From positions 928,001-992,000 of the forward strand of contig CAWIAD010000001.1 of NCBI GenBank assembly GCA_963833985.1: a stretch of 64,000 nucleotides of DNA, written 5' to 3'. Shown here piece after piece: positions 54,501-64,000 of this stretch. The first letter of the stretch is position 1. The number at the start of each line of letters is the position of its first letter. Source of the stretch: an uncultured Planctomycetaceae bacterium (GTDB lineage: Bacteria > Planctomycetota > Planctomycetia > Isosphaerales > Isosphaeraceae). The notes beneath the pieces were generated by a model, which saw only the letters and a program-made list of their open reading frames with translations, made no database searches and was not told where the DNA came from. Made by a program: the position numbers and the translations under genes.

Positions 54501-57500
54501 TTCAGTGGAACGGGCGACTCGAACGCGGACATCATCCTGGAAGATTCCTCCGGGAATGAGCTCGCCCTGCCGACGACCGGCACGGGCCTCAGCGCCGTGA
54601 TCCACAATTTCGTGGCTCCCAGCAGCGGCACGTACTACGTTGCCGTCTTCGGCGCGCCGTCTTCTACGTACAGCCTGGTCATCACCCGCGGAGCCGACTT
54701 CAGCGTTCATGGCAGTAGCTTCGCCAACGCTCAGCCGCTTGACGGCGTGAACAGCGTGCTCGGCGCCATCACCAAGGGGGGCGGCGCCCTCCAGGCGCTC
54801 GACCTCCAGGCGTTCGCGTACTCGAACATCTACCAGACCAATCCGGTCACGGGTGCGTTCGGCAGCCACATCACCAGCCCGAACAATGACGGCTTTTACC
54901 TGTTCGGCCAGAACATGGCCTCCGATGGCACCTATACCTATTATAACGATGGCTACGGCGGCGCCGGCACGATCTACAAGCTCGACTCCACCGGAGCGAT
55001 CGTCGCCCAGACCACCGGGCCCAACAGCAACCTGTACGGCGGCCTGGCATACCTGAACGGCAAGCTCTACGCCGACGCTCCGTTCGACTCGAACATCTAC
55101 ATCTACGATGCCAGCACGCTGGCCTTCGAGGGAACCATCAACACCGGTGACGCCCTGGCCTGGGTCGGCCTCGCCGGCGACCCTGATCGTGGCGTGCTCT
55201 GGGCCGTGGCGCAAGGGTTCCCGGGCACCCTGGCCGAGATCGACCCCACCAGCGGGACCATACTCAAGCAAGGCCCGGACAATAACCAGTATTCGTACGA
55301 GCAAGATATCGCCTATTCCAACGGCGAGCTGATCGTTTCCGAGGTTGCTGGCACGATTGCCGGTGCTGGCGCACTGGACGAGTACAACCCGGATACCCTG
55401 GGCTTCCTCCAGCGCGTCTTCCCGCCCTACCAGTACAGCGCCTCCGGCCTGGCCGGCGACGGCCTGGGCGGCCAGAGCACCGACTGGTACCAGTTCAATG
55501 TCAATGCCGGCGACAACCTGGTGATCAGCACCACCACGCCCGGCGGCACCAGCGCAAGCGGTTATCAGTTCACGAATGACCTGATGCCGACCATCAACCT
55601 GTACGACGCCAACAACAACCTGGTGGCCACCGCGACGGGCAATGCCTCGGACGGCCGCAATGACGTGATCGACTGGACGGCGCTCAGCTCCGGCAGCTAT
55701 CGCGTGCAGATCGTGGGCGCCAGCAAGGATAACCTGGGAGAGTACACGATCAGCGTCCAGGGCGCGACGGGCGGGGTGGGGCCGTTCACGGTCACCTCGA
55801 CGAGCCCGGCGGCTGGCTCGGACCTGGGCTTCCAGGTCTCGACGATGACCGTCGCGGTGAGCGGCAGCATCTACCTGCCTTCAGTGAGCCCCAGCGACTT
55901 CACGATCGACGGTCAGAGCGCCACCAGCGTGGCGGTGCTCGACGACCACGACCTGAGCTTCAGCTTCCCCACCACCGCCAACGGCGTGCACAACGTCACG
56001 ATCAGCGGGCTGACAAACCTCCAGGGCGTGGCCCTCACGCCGGACAGCTTCAGCTTCGCCACCGACGACGTACCGCCGGTCGTCGTCTCCAGCTCGATCC
56101 CCGACGGCGCAGTGCTCACGCCGGGGAATCTGACAGAAGTCATCACCTTCAGCAAGCCGATCCAGCCGAGCTCGGTGAGCACCTCCGACATCCAGCTCTA
56201 CGGCGAGCTTCGTAATGTCTTCTATAACCCGTCGAGCATCAGCTTCGACCCCACCGACACCATTCTCACCATCAGCTACAGCAGCCTGCCGTCGGACGCC
56301 TACCAGTTCACTCTCATCGCCGGGCCGGGGAACTTCCTGAGCAACGCGGGCGTCCCCTTGCAGAACAACTTCGTGGTCAACTTCACGATGCCCGTGGGCA
56401 CCGCCAGCATCACCGGATTGATGTCCGTGAGCCCGGCGGGGAGCCTCGTCTACCAGAAGACGATCGACAACGTGCTGTTGACCCCCAGCGACGTCGACAA
56501 CTACACCCTGGCGATCGACCCGCAACAGACGCTCGCGGTGGTGGCCACGCCGGTGACCTCCGGAATGACCCTCACCGTGACCCTGATCTCCCCCACCGGC
56601 CACGTCCTGGGCACGGCCACCTCGCCCACACCGGGCGCCCCGGCGGTCCTGAAGGGCGTGCAGAGCTCCAAGGGCGGCGCATACACCATCCAGATCACCG
56701 CCAATATCGCCGGCGAATACCACCTCACCCCCACCCTGAATGCACTCATCGATCCGGCCGCTTACGGTGGTACGCCCGATAACTCGATCGCCAACGCCCA
56801 GCCGCTGGACCCCTACGCCAACTCGTTCATCGCCGGCGCCGACCGGACCGCCGTACTGGGCGCGATCACTGGCACGCCTGTCACCTTCGGCGACGCAATC
56901 GTTGTCGAGGCGAGCGACGTGATCCTGGTCGACAAGTCGACCGGCAAGATCGTCGAGCGGATCAACAGTCCGGACTTCGCCGGCCTCTATCTCTTCGACG
57001 TCGCGCTGGCGCCGGACAACACCTTCTACGTGCTGGGCGATCAGAACTTCTACACCGGCGTGGTCATCCACCTGAACCTCCAGGGACAGACGCTGGGCGA
57101 GTTCACCGTCCCGATCAGCGACAATCCCGGGTATCTCTCGCCCGAGGGATTCGGGCTCAATCCGACCGACGGCAGCTTCTGGTTTGGCCTCATCAACAGC
57201 GGCCAGGTGGTGCACACCGACGCCAGCGGCAACCTGCTGGGCGACTACTACGTTGGGGGCAGCCCGAACGACGTTGCGGTCGGGCCCAATGGGCAGGTTT
57301 ATATTACCCAGATCTTCTCGGGCTACGTCCAGACGCTCGACCCGTCCACCGGCAACACGTCGTACTTTGCCTCCGCAAGCTTCCCCATCGACCTGACCTG
57401 GAGTGCCGCGGGCGACCTCTGGGTGGGCGACATCAATGGCGGCGCTGTCGAATACGACAGCTCGGGTAACGAGATCTTCTCGATCCCCGACTCCGGGGCG

Positions 57501-60500
57501 ACGGCGGCCGAGCCGGCCCTTTCCGGCAACATCTGGGACACGAACGTCTTCACGGGAAAGGTGAACCAGTTCAGCCCCAGCGGCGGCCTGCTCACGACAA
57601 CCAGCGCCTCGCTGTTCCAGCCCGGCCTGGCGGTCCTGGGCGACGTGCCGGGCGAGGCACCTCTGCCGCCCCCGCAGAACCCGGTCTACTCGATCAACCT
57701 CACTCAGGGCGAGAGCGCCTCGTTCATCATCCAGAGCCTGAACAGCTCGAACGTGTCGCTCACGCTCTATGATGACAGCGGCGACACGCTGGCCCTGAGC
57801 AAAGCCGGCGCCACCAACTACGCCCAGGGCATCAACAACTTCGTGGCATCGGCCACCGGCACGTACTACGTGCAAGTCACCGGCGATCCGGCGCGCAGTT
57901 CAACCTGGTGGTCACCCGCAATTCCGATTTCATGACCCAGAAGAACAACAGCCTCGCGCTGGCCCAGCAGCTTCTCGGCACCGGAGCCGTTCTGGGGGCG
58001 ATCACACCGACGAGCGCCGCGATCTACACGCTGGATAACAACCTCTACAGCCCGCCGTTCCCGATCTGGCAAACCAACCCGGACACTGGTGCGTTCATCC
58101 CCCCGTCGATCCCGGCGCCCTCGACCACGCCGAACAACCCGTTCGGCCTGAACATGGCCTATGACGGTACATATATCTATTACAACAACGGTTCCGGAGT
58201 TGGCACCAACACGATCTACAAGATCGACGCCGCGACCGGGCAGGTTGTCGCCCAGGCGACACCGCCCAGCACGGTGCCACTTCTCGGCGGCATCGCCTAC
58301 CTGAATGGTGAGCTCTACGGCATCGCGGCGTTCAACTCGGACCTTTACCTCTTCGATCCGAGCACGCTCGCATTCCAGAGCACGATCACGACGGGCATCG
58401 GCTCGGGTTATGCGGTCGAGGGCCTGGCCGGCAATTCCGACAACGGCATGCTTTATGCCATCGCCCAGGGCGCGCCAGGCACGTTCTTCGAGCTCAACCC
58501 CTCCACAGGCGCGGTGGTCGCCACGGCGCCGGACAACAACCAGGGGCTGAACGAGCAGGACATGGCCTACCAGAATGGCCAGCTCTTCGTGTCCGACACC
58601 AACGGCCTGGGATCCTCCGGCGGCACGAACGTGATCGACGTCTACGACGCCACCACGTTCGCGTTCCTGCGGCGAATGCCCGTGGCAACGCAGGGCTTCG
58701 TTTCGGGCCTGGCGGGCGACGGCCTGGGCGTGGCACCTTCACCGGTATCTTACTACAGCGTGAACGCCAACGCCGGCGACAACCTGCACTTCGCGACCTC
58801 GACGCCGGCGGGTGGCCCGAACGAGTTCGTGAATAACCTCTACCCCGAGCTGCTGCTCTATGACCCCAACGGTAACCTGGTCGCCGTCGCTGCGGGCAAT
58901 GGGTCCGACGGCCGGAACTCGGTGATCGACTTCACCGTGCCTCAGGGCGACGCCGGCCAGTGGATCATCGAGGTTGCCCAGTCCCCGAACACATCCGCAC
59001 CGACCTTTGGCGAGTACGGCCTGACGGCCACGGGCGCCACCGGCACCCTGGCTCCGTTCACCGTCACAGCCGCGACTCCGGCCCCGGGCGCCCTCATCCA
59101 GCCGCCGTCGACGGTCACCATCAGCTTCAATCAGTCGGTCTTCATCCCCTCACTCACCGCCGGCGAGCTGGAAGTCAACGGCGTGGCGGCGACCGGCTTC
59201 ACCGTGGACAACGCCACGACAGTGACCTGGGCCATTCCCTCCAGCGCCTACGGCACGGGCGTGGACCTGGCCAACGTCGTGACGCTGGGTGCCGATGCCT
59301 CGGGCAATCAGGTCACGGACATCAGCGGCCAGACGCTCATCCCGTTCAGCTATACCTTCTTCACGACGAACGTCGCGCCCACGGTCGTGAGCTCGTCGGT
59401 TGACGGCCAGGTCTTCTCGCCGGCCCCGGCCAATATCACCGACGTCGTCACCTTCAGCCAGCCGATGAACACGACGTTCACGACCGACGCCAGCTTCCAG
59501 CTCTATGGCCAGTACCGCAACCAGGTGATCGCGGCCGCCTCCTTCAGCTGGGACCCGACTGGCACCATCCTGACGATCAATTTCGCCAAGGTTCCCGACG
59601 ATGTCTACACGCTGACCCTCTTCGCCAGCGGCTTCGAGAACGTGGTTGGAATTCCCCTGGCCAGCAACTACGTGTCCAACTTCACCGTCACGCTGGGCAC
59701 CGCGGCGTTCCCGACGCCGCTCACGTCCATCCCGCCGCTTGGCGACCTGATCTACACCGGCAGTGACAGCCACGTCCTGGCCACGTCCACCGACGTGAAC
59801 AGCCTGACGCTGGCCCTGAACGCGGGCGAGTCGCTCACCCTGATCGGTACGCCCTCGGCGGCGAACCAGCAACTGGTGATCACGGTCCTCAATCCAGGCG
59901 GCACGACAGTCGCCACCGCGACGGCCCTGGCCCCGGGTCAGAACGTCGTCATCGAGAACGCGCCGGCCGCAACCACTGGCACCTACACGATCCAGATCAG
60001 CGATTCTAGCGGTAACCTGGGCCTCTACTCGATCCAGGCCTACCTCAATAGCTACGTCAAGCAGGGCACGTCGAACGACACGATCGGCACGGCCCAGAAC
60101 ATCAACCCCAGCTCCTATACGCTGAGCTCCGGCTCGAACCGGCTCGGCCTGGTCGGCAGCCTCCCGGCAGGAACCCTGCAACCGGGCGATGCCTTCGTGG
60201 TCTCGCAGGGGACCTATTTCACCGGCACGTCGAATATCCTCGTGATCAACGAAGCCGGACAGGTGATCAACACCATCCCGATCAACCTGAACTACTCGTA
60301 CACGGTCGGCGAGGTGAAGCTCAGCCCGTACAACAACGAGCTCTACGTGGGACTGACCACCAGCAATCCGTTCGTCGTGCCGACGCAGGAGATCACCGGC
60401 GAGCTGCTCGAGCTCGACCCGGTCACCGGCAAGCTGCTGAACACCATCAACCTCCCCGCTGACCCGTGGATCAACGGGAATCCCAACTTCTACTACTTCT

Positions 60501-63500
60501 ATCCCTTCGCGTTCGACGCCGCTACCGACGGCACGTTCTGGATCTCCCAGCCCGACAGCAACAACATCATCCATGTGGACGGCTCGGGCAACGTGCTCGC
60601 GAGCTACTCGACGGGGAGCATCCTGCCGTACAGTCCCACGGTCCGGCCTGACGGCGAAGTCTACTTCACGAGCAACACCCCCAACGCGATCTTCCTCCTT
60701 GATCCGAACACGGGCAACATTTCCCAGTTCGCCAGCCAGCCGAACCCGCAGTTCAGTAACCTGGCCGGCACCGGCGGGCTCTGGTCGGCCGACTTCTACA
60801 ACGGTGCTCAGCGGTTCGACAGCTCGGGCAACCTGCTCCAGTCCGTCGGCTATTACGGCTCGACGCAGGCCCAGAACGATCCATCAGGAAACGTCTGGGT
60901 CTCCAACGACTACTACCAGGCCGCGTTCCTGTTTGACAGCAATGGCAACCAGCTCCAGTCCGTGACGGTCCCGAACGCGGAGGGCCTCGCGGTCTGGGGT
61001 GTCGATAACCCCAACCCGCCGGCGCAGGACACCCAGGACTACTACAGCTTCTCGCTGACCGCCGGCCAGAGCGCGACCCTGGTGGCCAAGAGCCTGAACA
61101 GCCTGGGTGTCCAGATCAGCCTGGTCGACGGCAACGGCAACGTGCTGGCCACTGGCGTCAGTGGGGCGAGCAACGTCGACTCGTCGATCTCCAACTTCGT
61201 GGCACCGACGACGGGGACTTACTACGTCAAGGTCACCGGGGCTCCGGGCGTTCAGTACAGCGTGGCGGTTACCCGCGGCGCCACGTTCGAGCTCAAGCCC
61301 AATGGCACGCAGCAGACGGCCCAGCCGATCACCGGCAACGGAGTACTGGGCGCGGCCACGCCAGGCGGCACTCTGGTGATCGGCAACACCTTCCAGGGCA
61401 TCGACTTCGCGTCGCCGAACAATCCCTGCGGCTGCTTGCCGCCGGACACCAACGCGGCCGTCGGGCCCACGCAGGTGATCGAAACGGTCAACGAGGAGAT
61501 CCGTGTCTGGGACAAGACAACCGGTGCCACCGTGCTGGACGAGTCGCTGGCCTCGTTCTTTGGCCAGGGAAGCTTCGGCGACGTGTACGTCTTGTACGAC
61601 AACACGGCCGACCGCTTCTACGTCACGGCCTTCGACGGATCGGCCACGGGATTGCTGCTGGCCATCTCGAAGGACTCCAACGCCCTGGACGGCTGGCTGC
61701 CCACCTACAACCTGAATGTCAATGGCGGAGCCGGCACTCCCGACTATCCCAAGCCGGGCTTCAACAAGGACGCCATCTTCGTTGACTACAACGACTTCAG
61801 CGGCTCTGGCGATGCCAAGATCGCGACCATCAACAAGGCCGCGGCTTTCGCCGGCACGCTCCAGATGTACATCTCGACGCCGGCACCCGAGTTCCGGGCG
61901 ATGACCCCGGCGCAGATGAATGGCGACACGACCGGCGGCACGGAGTGGTTCTTCTCGACCGACGGGAACGACGTCAGCGGCAACACGATGCGTGTCACCG
62001 CCATGACCAACTACTTCAGCACCACCCCGACCTACACTTACTACTCGATCCCGGTCACTCCGTACCAGGCCCCGGCGGTTGCTGACCAGCCCGGCGGCTC
62101 CTGGACCACGTTCCCCAACACCACGACCTACAGCGTTCAGTACCTCAACGGCATGCTGGTGACGGCCATGGCGTCGGGCACGGCCGCCGATGGATACACC
62201 TATCCCAAGGGCCTCTACTACGAGGTGAACGTCGCCAGCGGCACGCCGGTGCTGGTGAACCAGGGTGTGATCGATCCCGGGCCCGGCGTGTCGGTCCAGA
62301 TGCCATCGGTTGCAATGGACCGCAACGGCAACCTGGGCTTTACCTGGATGGAAGCCTCGAGCACCGAATACCTCTCGATGTGGATCGGCAGCCTCGACAA
62401 CCAGGGCCACTTCAGCTCCTACGACGTCTCGCCGGGCGGAGGGTTCTTCTACCAGAACTCCCGCATCGGCGATTACAGCACAGTCGCTCTCGACCCCACC
62501 AGCAACACCTTCTGGGCGGCCAACGAGTACATCGGATCCGATGGCGCCAGCGATATCTGGCGGACCTACATCGCCTCGTTCTCACTCCCGCCGGCGGTGG
62601 ACAACAACTGGTACTCGGTCGACGTTCAGTCCGGCCAGGCGCTGTCGCTCCAGACCTCGACCCCATCCGATCAGGGCGGTCAGTTCATCAACACCGCCTC
62701 GCTCGAGATCGAGCTCTACGACACCTTCGGCAACCTGGTCGCCGTCGGTACCAAGCTGGCCGACGGCCGCAACGAGGCGCTCTTCTACAACGCCCCGGTC
62801 ACCGGCCAGTACTTTGTGCACCTGTACAACGACCCGGGCACCTCGGGCGAGTACTTCCTGTCGGCGACCACCAAGGCGTACGCCTCGGGTGGCATCTCCG
62901 GCCAGGTCTACAACGACCTGAGCGGCAGCGGATCCCAGACGCCTGCCGACCCCGGTCTGGATCACTGGGAGATCAACGTCTACACCGCGAGTAACCAGTA
63001 CGTCGCCTCGCAGCTCACGTACGGCGGAGGCTACTTCGACATCGCGGGCCTGGCGCCTGGAAGGTACAAGGTCAGCGAGGTGCTCATGAACGGCTGGACC
63101 GAAACCCAGCCGAGCACGCTGAACAAGACCTACACCGTCACGGTGGCGGCGAATCAGACCACCAGTGGTCTGCTCTTCGGCAACTTCCAGAACGTGACGA
63201 TCGCCGGCACGGTCTTCAACGACCTGACGGGCATCGGCAGCTTCCTGCCCGGCGACCCCGGCCTCTCCGGCTGGACCGTCAAGCTGATCAGCAGCGCCGG
63301 CAAGACCGTGGCCACCACGACCTCCGACGCGAACGGCAACTACACGTTCGCCAACGTCGGTCCGGCGCGTTCACGGTCGCGGAAACGCTCAAGAATGGCT
63401 GGATTCAGACCGTGCCGGCAGCGCCGGGCACGTACAGCGTCACCACCTCGAGCGGCACGAACACCAGCGGCCTGCTGTTCGGCAACTTCCAGCTCGTGAC

Positions 63501-64000
63501 CTTCGCCGGCACGGTGTACAACGACCTCAACGGCAACGGAGTACTCGATTCAGGTGAGAAGGGACTGGGTGGCTGGAAGATCAACCTCATCAACGATGTG
63601 ACGGGTGCCACGGTCGCGACCAAGACCAGCAACGCCAGCGGGGCCTTCTCGTTCACCGGTATCCTCCCTGGTCTGTACTCGGTGCAGGAGATCAACCAGA
63701 GCGGCTGGTACCAGACCCAGCCAGTCAATCCTCCGGGTACCTACACACTCCAGGCCATCAGCAGCGCAACCCAGAGCTCGCTCAACTTCGGTAACTTCAA
63801 GCTGGTGACCGTGAGCGGCGAGGTGTACAACGACCTGAACGGCAACGGCAACCTCAATCCGGGCGAGCCTGGCCTGTCGGGCTGGACGGTGATGCTGCTT
63901 GATGCCTCCGGCAACACGGTGGCCACCACCACCAGCGACGCCAAGGGTGACTACACCTTCGCCAGCCTTTTCCCGGGCGCGTTCACCATCGAGGAAGTAC
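51567..64000 (+). CDS. Giant modular extracellular protein (>4,100 aa, 3' truncated) with Ig-like, PPC-like, beta-propeller and SdrD-B-like repeats; frameshifts near 57890 and 63364
   Basis: LESLEERTLLS motif; Thr/Ser/Gly/Asn-rich; restoring one G at each CCGGC gives GDPGAQFNLVVTR and VGPGAFTVAE, matching intact repeat copies GAPGVQYSVAVTR and FPGAFTIEE. Confidence 0.88.
62900..64000 (+). repeat. Tandem ~100-aa SdrD-B/CnaB-like repeats (at least 4)
   Basis: G(Q/T/E)V(Y/F)NDLxGxG...GL..W units start at 62900, 63206, 63508 and 63817. Spacings are 306, 302 and 309 nt; the 302 spacing fits the missing base. Confidence 0.8.

Overview
High-GC bacterial DNA with Planctomycetota hallmarks: a DUF1501 + DUF1549/DUF1553 pair, DUF1573, PEP-CTERM, and two LE(P/S)LExRxLL extracellular motifs. 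An Isosphaeraceae-like source is my inference. Most of the window is ordinary: RND permease end, methyltransferases, a phosphite-type (PtxABC-like) ABC importer, Tex, ppdK, glpK, MFS, glycosyltransferases, PP2C phosphatase, and the start of a giant (>4,100 aa) modular surface protein that runs off the right edge. The standout is a visibly lower-GC block at about 35.2-40.5 kb with three co-oriented genes. They encode an 82-aa precursor-like peptide (helical leader plus FYDNHGCDC...QCW core), an RRE-bearing radical SAM/SPASM enzyme, and a fusion of a DMATS/ABBA-like aromatic prenyltransferase with a class II terpene-cyclase-like barrel. This is a candidate new RiPP pathway making a radical-SAM-crosslinked, (cyclo)prenylated peptide. 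About 11 genes carry single-base frameshifts, mostly in G/C runs, which look like long-read consensus errors rather than true pseudogenes. Family assignments come from motif recognition only; no searches were run. I saw no rRNA, tRNA, CRISPR array or intact transposase.
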